DNA of 64,000 bases from contig NC_043017.1 of assembly GCF_006345805.1 (NCBI RefSeq), positions 22,134,001 to 22,198,000 of the forward strand, given 5' to 3'. How positions within the stretch are numbered: the stretch's first letter is position 1; every line of letters starts with the position of its first letter. Under the pieces are notes generated by a model, which worked only from the letters and a program-made list of their open reading frames with translations, was not told the origin of the DNA and searched no databases. Of this stretch, positions 25,792 through 38,490 are shown in pieces. The stretch is from Octopus sinensis (taxonomy: Eukaryota). A program made the position numbers and the translations under genes.

Positions 25792-26145
25792 ACATGTGTG
25801 ACTGAGTGATTGTGGATCTATGAATGGACAAATGTGTGTATATGATGGATGGGGCGATAGGAGGTTAAGAAATTCATACTGTAACTATGTAGTCATGAGT
25901 TCAGTTCTACTGAGTAAGGTGGTTAATATATTGAAATTATCAATATATCAAACTGCAATAGAATTTCCTGGTAGTATATTGAGGTGGTGAGCTGGCAGAA
26001 TTATTAGCACACTGGGTAAAATGCTTAGCAACATCTTATCTGTCTCTACATTCTAAGTTCAAATTCTACAGAGGTCAACTTTGGCTTTCGTCCTCTAGGG
26101 GTCAATTAAATAAATACCAGTTAAATACTAAGGTTGATGTACCCA

Positions 26146-26464
26146 TCATCATCATCATTGTTCGACTGTGGTCGAGACAATGGAATTTACCATGCTACGC
26201 CAGACTTCACAGTCCATCATGGCATTGCAGAGGTCCTGTTGCTGGATGCCTGTATCCCTGGAGATTACATCAGGGTAGGAGAGTGTGCACCCTCTGGTAT
26301 TGTGAGTAGATGGCTTCCAGAGGAGAAGAGTAGAAATTACCTCTTTTTCAGCTCTACAACAATGTCCAGCAAACTGGACTCTCCTACCTTTCACAAGAGA
26401 TGACACAGGTGGTAGTTTCCCATATATTTGCATTTTGGTTGGATGGCGCCTCCACGAGAGATTC
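26146..26464 (-). mobile_element. 5'-truncated RTE-clade LINE (ORF C-terminus plus (GAT)n tail) inserted in a B-related SINE
   Basis: QNLSWRRHPTKMQIYGKLPPVSSLVKGRRVQFAGHC..EVWRSMVNSIVSTTVEQ* has the RTE C-terminal pattern. 8-bp TSD tgtaccca at 26138-45 and 26465-72. The host SINE resumes at 26473. Confidence 0.85.
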
Positions 26465-27185
26465 TGTACCCAACTTACACCCTCCCTGACAATTGCTGAC
26501 CCTATGCCAAAATTTGAAACCAATATTTTCATTTCATTCTTTGCTGCCATATTTTTTTACTACCTTGTCACCTTGTCATACTGCTTCAGTTGGATGTTTA
26601 CCTTAATTCTTCATAACATTACATTAATTAGACACTTATCTTAACTGTTCAGAATAGCCCTACATTAATTAGGCATTTCATTTAATTCTTCACAATGATA
26701 CTACATTAATTCTTCACAATGCAGTCTTGTCATATTGCTTCAGTTCAACAGATATTTCATTTAATTCTTTACAATAGCACTACATTAATTAGACAAATTC
26801 TTCACAATAACTCAGCACCATCATTACCTTTCACAAACATTAATCTTAATCACTTTTCTCATTAAGTCTTTACAATAAAAAATTTATACAATATGGTGTC
26901 AAACCCTTGTGAGTGATTCTGATAAACAGAAACTGAAAGAAGCTTGTCGTATATGTACCATCATCATCATCATCATTGTTTTAATCTCCACTTTCCAATG
27001 CTTGCATCGATTGGATGGACTTTATTGAGGCAGATTGTTTATAGCCAGTTGCTGTTCTTGTGACCAGCCTTTATCTGTTTCCAAGCAAGCCAGTGGCCAG
27101 ATGCTTTCACAGAATATCATCTTGACAGCAATCAAGCAATCTGAACATAAGGAGACACAAACACTCACACTGACACATACATATA

Positions 27186-27483
27186 GAGGCACATGGCCTT
27201 GTGGTTAGAGCAGCGGACTCACAGTCGAGGGATCGCAGGTTCGAATCTCAGACCGGGCGATGTGTGTGTTTATGAGTGAAACACCTAAACTCCACGTGGC
27301 TCTGGCAGAAGATAAGGGCAAAACTTCTGCTGACTCCTTCGCCACAACTTTCTCTCACTCTTTCCTCCTGCATCTTGCAGCTCACCTGCGATGGACCAGC
27401 ATCCCGTCCAGGTGGAGAACCTATACGCCAAGGAAACCGGGAAACCGGCCCTTATGAGCCAGGCATGACTCGAGAAGGAACAA
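27186..27483 (+). mobile_element. SINE family D, young, inverted relative to the 25489-25791 copy
   Basis: Near-identical to the reverse complement of the other D copy. 13-bp TSD acacat(a/t)catata at 27173-85 and 27484-96. Confidence 0.9.
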
Positions 27484-27689
27484 ACACATTCATATATGCA
27501 TACAAGCATTTACATACACACATAAGAATGTATACATACATTTATACATATACATGTATGCATTATACATACATGTGTTTACATCCATGTAACCTAACAG
27601 TTTAGAAAAATAGAATAAGCACCAGGCAAAAAAAAAAGGTAAGTTCTTGACAATGAATTTGTAAAATTTAAGATTTGTTATTTTCTCAG

Positions 27690-27771
27690 CTAAGTTGTAC
27701 CTCTGCAGACTCTTACGCTCATGCAACCGTTTTGATACTAAAAACAAGCTTTCCCCTCCACTGATCTCCAG
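27690..27771 (+). CDS. Candidate 82-nt internal exon, (A)KLYLCRLLRSCNRFDTKNKLSPPLIS(R)
   Basis: Acceptor gttattttctcag and donor CAG|gtgagt are both strong. Only one frame is open (phase 1 to phase 2), and it matches the next exon. Confidence 0.5.
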
Positions 27772-28142
27772 GTGAGTTATGACCAGTCATTATGCAGATG
27801 TTTACTTCTGGTATAGTATTCTGCTTGACCAGAACTGTGTGACATTTTAATAGAATGTCAAAACTTTCAATCTTTATTAACTAGAAAGTGATTCTGGTAG
27901 GCGAGTCACTTTGCTGCCTGAGTAAAGTTGTTTGTAATTGAGTCTGTGAATACAGGTTCACTAAAAGTGTCAACAGCTCAGCTCACACACACACAACAGC
28001 AAACACAACACACACACACACACATACACAATGGGCTTCCTTGCAGTTTCTATAAAATTTCTTGGAAGTCCACTCACAAGGCTTTGATCAGTTTGGGTTG
28101 TAGCACAAAACTCTTACATAGAGATAACCATGCCAGTGTGTG

Positions 28143-28176
<34 letters not shown>

Positions 28177-28255
28177 ACATATATATATATATAATATATA
28201 TATATATACATAATATATATATATATAACATATATATATATATATATATATATAT

Positions 28256-28294
<39 letters not shown>

Positions 28295-28300
28295 CATATA

Positions 28301-28339
<39 letters not shown>

Positions 28340-28390
28340 TACATATATATATATTATATATATACATATATATATATATATTATATATAC

Positions 28391-28426
<36 letters not shown>

Positions 28427-28485
28427 TATTATATATATATATACACATATATATATATATATAACATATATATATATATATATAC

Positions 28486-28532
<47 letters not shown>

Positions 28533-28616
28533 GAATTTACAAAAAAACAGAAGACGAAGACGGGTGTGTAAAGAACAAATAGATGTATTAGTTGAACACT
28601 CAGGAAGTGTGAAAGT

Positions 28617-28652
28617 CTTTTACATTTCGAGCCTATGCCTTTCGACAGAAAG
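28617..28652 (-). ncRNA. Second, decayed copy of the CUGUCGA hammerhead-like motif in a Penelope-like terminal repeat (28530-28685)
   Basis: CTTT-CTGTCGA-A-AGGC(ATAG)GCTC-GAAA-TGT-A-AAAG. Flanks are homologous to 12270-12420. Confidence 0.55.
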
Positions 28653-29481
28653 TAACACATAAACAGGGAGAGAAAATAAAAATCAAACTAGAGTCTTGTA
28701 CAGCCTTCCAGCTTGCCAGTCCTGGTCAAACTGTCCCACCCATGACAGCATGGACAACAGACGTTAAATTATGATGATGATGATGATATGTGAGCAACAA
28801 AAATGCATTTCTAAAACAAAATCCTGATTACTTCCAGGAAACCTCAGTTAAGGGTCACATAAGCCCCAGGTACTTATTCCAATTTAAGATCCTATTTCAA
28901 TTTATCTCGCTGCAGCTAACCTGACCAGTTACACCATCATCTTCTCTTACATATATATTATTACATAAGGGAAATGTAATTGAGAAGGAGGATAATATTA
29001 AGTAAATGAGGCAATGACGGAGTGGTGGAGATGGCGGTAGATAAAGGTTGATAGAGGAATGAGGAATTACTGGAGATATTACATTTCCTGATGTAATAAG
29101 CTAATCTTTCCGCAAACAAATCTCGCTAGTTTTAAATATTTAACATGAATGTTTGATTAAAGCTGTAAAGCTAACTGGATGATGTGGCTCAAACAAAAGG
29201 AACTCCAGAACAAAGATACTTAAATTTAAATTATTCAGATCAGAAGATTCTGGTTTTGCGTTGAAGGTTTGCTAAGATTAATTTAGTCTTTCATCAATTC
29301 AGGATCAATAAATTAAGAAATCTGTAACATCGGCTTTGTGCAAGTGATCAAACTTTTGGTGATGCCAAAGTTTCAAATGACAAGAACTGATGTCTAGTTC
29401 TACACAGTTTTAAACTTTTGGGAGTTGATCAATGAAAATATATAAAGGCAATGTCGAAGATAACATACTGAATTAAGAGCA

Positions 29482-29982
29482 GCACAAGGCCACCTATTTT
29501 GACACAAGGCTTAGCTGATAATATTGAACCCATAATTTGGCTGATATATATTTTATTGAAGGCAGGAGAATCAAAGAAAAGGCAACACTCATGGATTCAA
29601 CTTTGCACTTCAAGAATACTGAATATTCAGGGCTAACAAAAGTACAAGGCCACCTATTTTGACACAAGGCTTAGCTGATAATATTGAACCCATAACTTGG
29701 CTGATATATATTTTATTGAAGGCAAAAGAATCAAAGCAAAAGCAACACTCATGGAATCAACTTTGCACTTCAAGAATACTGAATATTTAGGGCTAACAAA
29801 AGCACAAGGCCACATATTTTGACACAAGGCTTAGCTGATAATATTGAACCCATAACTTGACTGATATATATTTTATTGAAGGCAGGAGAATCAAAGCAAA
29901 GGCAACACTCATGGAATCAACTTTGCACTTCAAGAATACTGAATATTTAGGGCTAACAAAAGCACAAGGCCACATATTTTGA
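29482..29982. repeat. Tandem repeat, 160-bp unit x3.1, high identity
   Basis: Unit starts g(c/t)acaaggccac at 29482, 29642, 29802 and 29962. Confidence 0.95.
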
Positions 29983-30776
29983 ACTTGGTTGGTATACATT
30001 TTATTTTATTGAGTTCAGGATTAAATACAAAGGTAACCCTAAATTGAATATTTGTGGTACATTCAGCATGTTGTTGTTTGTACCAGATCTTTTTTGTGTT
30101 TCAGTCATTGGACCATGGCCATGCTGGGGCACCATCTTAAAGGGTTTAGGTAAACAAATTAACTCCTGTATTTGTGTAAGACCGCTAAATTAAAAAATGT
30201 AAACACACCAAAACTAGTTGTCAAGTAGTGGTGGTGATGGTGGATATGAAGACACACACATATATGATAGGCTTCCTCACAGTCTCCAAATCTATTCACA
30301 AAGCTTTGGTTGGTCTTGGAGGGCTATAGTAGCAGATACACAAAGTGCTTTGCTGAGGGATTGAAGCTTAAACCACATGGCTCCAAAGTGAGAGTCTTAA
30401 GCAAATTGACCAAAAGCTCAAAAACCATTTTACAGAGCAATGTCACTGCAAAAAGAAGACAATATAAAACAAAAACCTAAATATATAATTTCCTTTTTTT
30501 TTCCCCTCGTAAAAACCACTCAGCCCACTCTGTAAGGTGGTTGGTGTTAGGAAGGGCATTCAGCCATAAAAAAAGATCCCCGATAAAACAGGCAGTGAAA
30601 CCTGGTGCAGTCTTCTTCCTAGCCAGCTCTTGTCAAACCACGCAATCGATGCCAGCATGGAAAAAGGGATTTTAGATGAGGATGATGATGATAATGATGG
30701 TGGTGATGATGATGATGATGATGATGATGATAGTAATTATGATGGTGATGATGATGCATTTACATGTATTTTGCAG

Positions 30777-30852
30777 ATTAGTTGAGGTTCAGATAAAAAA
30801 GAAAAACAAGAAACTATTGACTGAAGAAAAGGATTTGAACAAGAGATTATAA
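30777..30852 (+). CDS. Candidate terminal exon, (R)LVEVQIKKKNKKLLTEEKDLNKRL*
   Basis: Acceptor atgtattttgcag; phase 2 matches exon 27690-27771. TAA at 30850-52. AATAAA at 30936 and 30947. Confidence 0.45.
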
Positions 30853-31387
30853 ATCCCAAACAAGATGAAAAAACTAGTAATCAAAAGAAAATATTCATTA
30901 TTGGGGATCAATGGATTCATAACAAATAGTTACTGAATAAACCAAAAATAAATCATCAGAAACAAGGCTCCTGAAACTGTTGCTCTTTTGCTCTTTTATG
31001 GTCTTCAGTTATTGGATTGTACATTTATTGGGGCACATTGCCTTCACTGGGTTACTTGTTCAAATCAATGTGACCTCAATGTTTATTTTAAGTCTGGTAT
31101 ATACTTCTGCTAAACCACAAATTTGCAAGGATGTAAACAAACCAACACAGGTGAAGTAGTGAGAGAAATACACAAAGATACACACTCTCTCTCACACACA
31201 CACACACACTAAAACACTCCCTCACGTACAATGTGTATGCATGTACAAGCTTATGAATTTCCATTTTCATATTCACTCACTAGGCATTGGTCAGCCCAGG
31301 AATCGAGTTAAAACCACCAACCCAAACATGCCTAGTAAATATAGTACGGAGTAGGCCGAAACCTTGTTAGTAAAATTAGTAGATGGA

Positions 31388-32049
31388 AACAAACAAACAA
31401 ACAAACAAACAAACAAACAAACAAACAAACAAACAAACAAACAAAAACAAACAAACAAAAAAAAAACAAACAAACAAACAACAACAAACAAACAAACAAA
31501 CAAAACAAACAACAACAAACAAACAAACAAACAAACAAACAAACACAACAAACAAACAACAACCAAACAAACAAAAACAAACAAACAAACAAACAAACAA
31601 ACAACAACAAACAAACAAACAAACAACAAACAAACAACAAACAAACAACAAACAAACAAAACAAACCAAACAAACAACAACAAACAAACAAACAACAAAC
31701 AAACAACAAACAAACAAACAACAAACAAACAAACAAACAAACAAACAAACAAACAAACAACAAACAAACAAACAAACAAACAACCAACCAACAAATCAAC
31801 CAACAAACAAACAAACAAACAAACAAACAAACAAACAAACAAACAAACAAACAAACAAACAAACAAACAAACAAACAAACAAACAAACAAACAAACAAAC
31901 AAACAAACAAACAAACAAACAAACAAACAAACAAACAAACAAACAAACAACACAAACAAACAAACAAACAACCAAACAAACAAACAAACAAACAAACAAA
32001 CAAACAAACAAACAAACAAACAAACAAACAAACAAACAAACAAACAAAC
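31388..32049. repeat. (AAAC)n microsatellite, about 660 bp, partly interrupted
   Basis: Direct inspection; source of the TNKQ/VCLF ORFs. Confidence 0.97.
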
Positions 32050-32070
32050 ATACATACATACATACATACA

Positions 32071-32106
<36 letters not shown>

Positions 32107-32259
32107 TATATATACACAACGACCTCGAACACACAAGTCTAAACAAGAGAAACAGAGAAAGGCAGAAACAAGGAAAATGCCACTTGTATTTGAACACTAT
32201 ACAAATATTCTTTTAAAAAAACTTTTCTTTTAATTTTTCTAAATTTAATTATTTAATCG

Positions 32260-32302
32260 TTACAGTTGAAAAGGTCTCAAATGACTGAAACCGGTACTGA
32301 AA
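32260..32302 (+). ncRNA. Degenerate minimal type I hammerhead-like motif in a Penelope-like remnant
   Basis: (TTA)CAG-TTGAAAA-GGTC(TCAAAT)GACT-GAAA-CCGGT-A-CTG(AAA). Palindromic stem III ACCGGT; the core has two deviations. Confidence 0.45.
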
Positions 32303-32856
32303 TGTTCTTTATAAAATTATTTTACCATTTTCTATCTTGACTTGTTTTTTCATATATATATATATATATGTATGTATATCCTTTCATTCTTTTACTTGTT
32401 TCAGTCATTTGACTGGAGCCATGCTGGAACACCGACTTACAGGATTTTAGTCAAACAAATCAACCTCAGGGCTTATTCTTTGTAAACCTAGTAAATACTT
32501 CTATCAGTTTCTTTTGCTGAACTGCTAAGTTATGGCCCAAGTTGGCCCAAGATTATAGTAGAAAACATTTGCCAGAAATGCCATACAGTGGGACTGACCC
32601 CAGAACCATGTAGTTGGGAACCAAGCTTCTTACCACACAGCCATGTAGCATCTTGAGCAAGTGTCTTCTACTATAACCTCAGGCCGACCAAAGCCTTGTG
32701 AGTGGACTCAGTAGATGGGAAACTGAAAGAAGCCCATCATATATATATATATGAAAATAGTAATGCAATACGAGAGTGAAGCTATACATTAGCGTCGTAT
32801 TTATTATGTTCGGTATTTTCCAGTAGATATCGGTGCTTCATTGTACCATTTATTTA

Positions 32857-32896
<40 letters not shown>

Positions 32897-32902
32897 TATA
32901 TT

Positions 32903-32951
<49 letters not shown>

Positions 32952-33510
32952 GCATATATGCATATATTTGTGTCTGTGTTCATTCCCTAACCATCACTTG
33001 ACAACCGATGTTGGTGTGTTTATGTCCTCATAACTTAACAGTTCAGCAAAAGAAACCAATAGAATAAGTACTAAGTTTCCTAAGAATAAGTCCTAAGGTC
33101 GATTTCTTTGACTAAAAAACCCCTTTAAGGCAGTGCTCCAGCATGGCCACAGTCCAACGACTGAAACAAGAGAAAGAATAAGAGAATATATTTGATGTGA
33201 AGGTGCACAGCTAGGTGATCAGGGTTTTGCCCTCGTGATACGAGATCATGGTTTTGCTTCCCAGACTGGGCATTGCATTGTGCTCTTGAGCAAAACACTT
33301 CATTTCACACATTGCTCTGAGATAATTTCGTCATCTGACATGTGGCACATGGGGCACCTGTACAGGTAATGTTGATTCAATGGAGGGAGTGAGCTTATGT
33401 GAACACAAACAATTGATCATAATAAACAAATTGTCTGTGCAGGTTTTGTTCAGCAAGAAATTGCTGAACGCTCATACATTATCTGATGATGAGAAAATCC
33501 ACAATATATA

Positions 33511-33921
33511 GGCGCAGGAGTGGCTGTGTGGTAAGTAGCTTGTTTACCAACAACATGGTTCCGGGTTCGGTTCCATTGCGTGACACCATGGGCAAGTGTC
33601 TTCTACTATATCCTCGGGCCGACCAAAGCCTTGTAAGTGATTTGGTAGACGGAAACTGAAAGAAGCCCGTCGTATATATGTATATATATGTATGTGCATG
33701 TATGTTTGTGTGTCTGTGTTTGTCCCCCTAGCATTGCTTGACAACCGATGCTGGTGTGTTTATGTCCCTGTTACTTAGCAGTTCGGCAAAAGAGACCGAT
33801 AGAATTAGTACTGGGCTTACAAAAGAATAAGTCCCGGGGTCGAGTTGCTCGATTAAAAGCGGTGCTCCAGTATGGCCGCAGTCAAATGACTGAAACAAAT
33901 AAAAGAGTTAAAGAGTAAAGA
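33511..33921 (+). mobile_element. SINE family A, full length (tRNA head, CORE-like domain, internal TA/TG microsatellite, (AAAGAGT) tail)
   Basis: A-box tggctgtgtgg, B-box-like ggttcggttcc, CORE-like ccatgggcaagtgtctt. Near-identical copies at 37200, 45159 and 49507. Confidence 0.9.
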
Positions 33922-34514
33922 GTGAAATGATAGTAGCAAGCAGTTAATAGTTCATAGAAGTATATTGGAATATCCTGTTTCATGGTGGACTTTGATCACT
34001 CAAGGAAATTATTGTATTTTGGTTATTGATAAAGGAACAATAATCCAAACAGTTCCGTTGCTTTTCTTTCTGTTTCCCCCACCCCCACCCCATCTGACAA
34101 GATAACCTTCTCACCAGTCGATGCAATAGCAATGTTTGCATACGATGAAGCTGCACTCCATCAATAATTTAACATTTCATCGCCACCCAAAAGGAATGAA
34201 TAATTGTATCGAGTGGGAAAATATCTTCTATTGGGAAGATAAAAATGACATGAGAATGGGATGATGTGAAAATGGGGTTTTGGGCATTAAAGGAAATTGG
34301 AAAGAGAAATCAGGGCTTGATTGGCAAAGATTAAATACACAGCAGATGCGTGTGCATGTGTGTGTGTGTGTGTGTGTGTCTGTGTGTGTGTTTGTGTGTG
34401 TATGTGTCTGTGTATGTATGTGTGTGTGTGAATGTGTGAATGATGATATATGGATGTACATACATACACATATACACATATGCATGTATATATACACATA
34501 CATTTACACACATA

Positions 34515-34547
<33 letters not shown>

Positions 34548-34701
34548 TATATATCATTTCATTTTTTTTTTCATTTTCATCTAGTTTCAGCTCACGAGCT
34601 GTGGCCATGCTGGGGCACTGCCATTCATATATATACACTTGTTTACATATATGTGCATATATGTATATACATATATACATAATCATATGCATATATTTGT
34701 A

Positions 34702-34745
<44 letters not shown>

Positions 34746-34844
34746 ATATACACACACACATACATTCATATATGTACACATACACATGTATATGTGTGTG
34801 TGCATGTAAATATATATGTATATAGATAGATAGATAGATAGATT

Positions 34845-34914
<70 letters not shown>

Positions 34915-34939
34915 TAGATAGATAGATAGATAGATAGAT

Positions 34940-34982
<43 letters not shown>

Positions 34983-34998
34983 GGATAGAAAGATATGA

Positions 34999-35077
<79 letters not shown>

Positions 35078-35110
35078 CAGACAGATAGATAGATGCATAT
35101 GTATATATAC

Positions 35111-35153
<43 letters not shown>

Positions 35154-35232
35154 CCTCACATACACATATCAATAACATTTTCTTCATACATTCAAAGAAA
35201 GCCAAAATATGTATTAAAAAAAAAAGGATAAA

Positions 35233-35290
<58 letters not shown>

Positions 35291-35909
35291 TATAAAAAAT
35301 ACAAAAAACATGAAGGCTGCATGAAACAAATCCGACTTTAATATAAATCTTTGATTTTTATGAGTGGCAGCTTGAAAGAGGGTACATACATGCTAGATGT
35401 ACCCAACTTCAATTATATACGGCTTTGATTTAAAAAAAAAAATCAATCAAACATCATATAATTATTGAATACACTGACTGAAACATCAGGAATCACTATT
35501 GGTGTGTGTGTGTGCATGCATGTACAAGTATGTGCATGTATGTGTGCACGTGTGTGCGTGTATTTATATATCTCTGTATGTGTGTGTGCATATATGTATG
35601 TTTATAAATATATATTCATGTATGTGTGTGAGTGTGTGCATGCATATATATGTGGGGTGGGGAGGTTGTGAGTGTGTGTGTATATGTATTTCTCTGTGAG
35701 AGTGTGCATATGTGCATGTCTATGAGTATATATTTATATATGTGTGTGGTGTGTGTGTGTTCGCATGTATGCATATATGTGCATATGTGAGTGCATATGT
35801 GTGTGTGCATGTGTGTTTATATACTTGTGTGTGTGTGTATGTTTATATATATATATATGCGTGTGAATATTTATAAAAATATATATTTATATATGTGTGT
35901 CAGTATGTG

Positions 35910-35964
<55 letters not shown>

Positions 35965-35975
35965 GTATATATATG

Positions 35976-36010
<35 letters not shown>

Positions 36011-36295
36011 GCGTGTGGGTATGTGAACGCATGTATGAATTAGCGCTACCAGTACCTTAATACTTTTTATCACGGTTCTCCTCATATAATCTATTTAGTT
36101 TGATAAATTCATTGATTCTTTGATCTTTACAGGTAACTGGGTTTTGCATCGGGAGAACAGATTGAAAACCTTATCAAACAAATGGAGACGACATGTCTCT
36201 CCTTCGTTCTCCCCCACCTCTTTCTCTCTCTCTCTCTCAGATCTAATTACACAATCAGCTAACTTTCCTCAGAACTTTCTAGAACTGAATGTATT

Positions 36296-36329
<34 letters not shown>

Positions 36330-36491
36330 AGTCAAGAAGACACCTTAACAACAAACTCATGGTTTTTACATACAAGTTGCATTTTTATTTACGGTAAATC
36401 AATTCCACAGTTGTGCACTTCAGAGCTCAGAACAGAAAGCTGAATAAGTACTTATTCCCTTTTTTTGAGAGAAAGAGTAAGAGAGGGAAAA

Positions 36492-36536
<45 letters not shown>

Positions 36537-36646
36537 CCTTAAAAATGCTTTTGTTAGGAATGCAGTTGGATTTCTACTATGGCGGGTCATGAATTGTCAT
36601 AGTCATTGGAATGTGTCTGTGTGGTTCAATGGTTTTCTTCCATAAG

Positions 36647-36879
36647 GGCGGCGAGCTGGCAGAAACGTTAGCACGCTGGGCGAAATGTGTAGCCGTATTT
36701 CGTCTATCGTTACGTTGTGAGTTCAAATTCCGCCGAGGTCGACTTTGCCTTTCATCCTTTCAGGGTCGATAAATAAAGTACCATTTACGCACTGGGGTCG
36801 ATGTAATTGACTTAATCCCTTTGTCTGTCCTTGTTTGTTCCCTCTATGTCTAGCCCCTTATGGGCAATAAAGAAATATA
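36647..36879 (+). mobile_element. SINE family B monomer inserted in a decayed family-A copy
   Basis: 14-bp TSD aatggttttcttcc at 36628-41 and 36880-93. Confidence 0.9.
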
Positions 36880-37199
36880 AATGGTTTTCTTCCCAACCAT
36901 GTGGTTCCGGGTTCAGTCCCATTGCATGTCACCTTGGACGAGTATGTTTTATTTAGAGCTTGCAGCCAACCGAATAGTTGTGAGTGGATTCGGCTGATAC
37001 AAACTAAAAGAAACTCATCGTATATGTTGACATGTATGTGTGTGTGCAAGTGTGAGCGTGTGCATATGTGTGTGCGTGTGTGTGTATGTGTGTTTGTGGT
37101 TCCTTGTCTTGACATCATATATTTGCTGGAAGTGAATGCCATTCATTTCTGATTCTCAATGAGAATATGTTTGACCATGGGGGAACTAGAACTTTTCTT

Positions 37200-37370
37200 G
37201 GTGCAGGAGTGGCTGTGTGGTAAGTAGCTTGCTAACCAACCACATGGTTCTGGGTTCTGTCCCACTGCGTGGCATTTTGGGCAAGTGTCTTCTACTATAG
37301 CCCTGGGCCGACCAAAGCCTTGTGAGTGGATTTGGTAGATGGAAACTGAAAGAAGCCCATCGTATATATG

Positions 37371-37427
<57 letters not shown>

Positions 37428-37627
37428 TTGTCCCCCTAGCATTGCTTGACAACTGATGCTGGTGTGTTTACGTCGCTGTCACTTAGCGGTTCAGCAAAAG
37501 AGACTGATAGAATAAGTACTGGGCTTATAAAGAATAAGTCCCGGGGTCGATGTGCTCGACTAAAGGCGGTGCTCCAGCTTGGCCGCAGTCAAATGACTGA
37601 AGCAAGTAAGAGAGAGAGTAAAAGAGA
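37200..37627 (+). mobile_element. SINE family A, full length
   Basis: High similarity to 33511-33921. Confidence 0.9.
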
Positions 37628-38108
37628 GGTAAATGTTGGTGACAGGAAGGGCATCAGGTTCCAAGTATGGGAAAATGAACATTAAAATGATTATGGTGGT
37701 GTTAGAGCTGCAGGGAAAAATGCCTAGCAGTATTTGTCCTAGCTCTACTTTTTGAGTTCAAATCCTGATGAGGTTTTGTGTGACAAGGCTGGCACCTTTG
37801 AAATACAGGTACTTGTCATTTTTGCCAGCTGAGTGGACTGGAGCAACATGAAAAAAAGTGTCTTGCTCAAGGATGCAACGCTCATGTTGGGCATCAAACC
37901 CATCACCTTATGATCATGAGCTGAAGGCCTCTAACCAGTAAGCCACAGGACTTCACAACAAGGAGTAATGTATACCAGGACTGAACCAGAAGCCAAATGG
38001 TTGCAAAATGGACTTCTCTAACGACACAGCCATGTTTACTCTGCCTGTTATTTTATCAAAATTTTGCCATTCCAACAAATAAACCACCACCACCATCGCC
38101 ATACACAT

Positions 38109-38490
38109 GGAAGCACTCCGTCGGTTACGATGACGAGGGTTCCGGTTGATCCGAATCAACGGAACAGCCTGCTCGTGAAATTAACGTGTAAGTGGCTGAG
38201 CACTCCACAGACACGTGTACCCTTAACGTAGTTCTCGGGGATATTCAGCGTGACACAGAGAGTGACAAGACCGGCCCTTTGAAATACAGGTACAACAGAA
38301 ACAGGAAGTAAGAGTGAGAGAAAGTTGTGGTGAAAGAGTACAGCAGGGATCACCACCATCCCCTGCCGGAGCCTTGTGGAGCTTTAGGTGTTTTCGCTCA
38401 ATAAACACTCACAACACCCGGTCTGGGAATCGAAACCGCGATCCTATGACCGTGAGTCCGCTGCCCTAACCACTGGGCTGTTGCGCCTCC
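38109..38490 (-). mobile_element. SINE family E, near full length (head shared with family D, different core)
   Basis: Minus strand ggaggcgcaacagcccagtggttagggcagcggactc head, then gaactacgttaagggtacacgtgtctgtggagtgctcagcc body. Confidence 0.85.

Noticed and set aside
27186-27262. tRNA gene
   Set aside because: The tRNA-like sequence continues directly into a SINE body with TSDs. There is no complete acceptor stem or terminator, so it is a SINE head; the same applies to the A, B and E heads.
36120-36443. 107-aa ORF with a poly-Cys run
   Set aside because: The poly-Cys comes from a (CTG)n microsatellite and the frame also crosses a (CT)n tract; there is no AUG start or homology.
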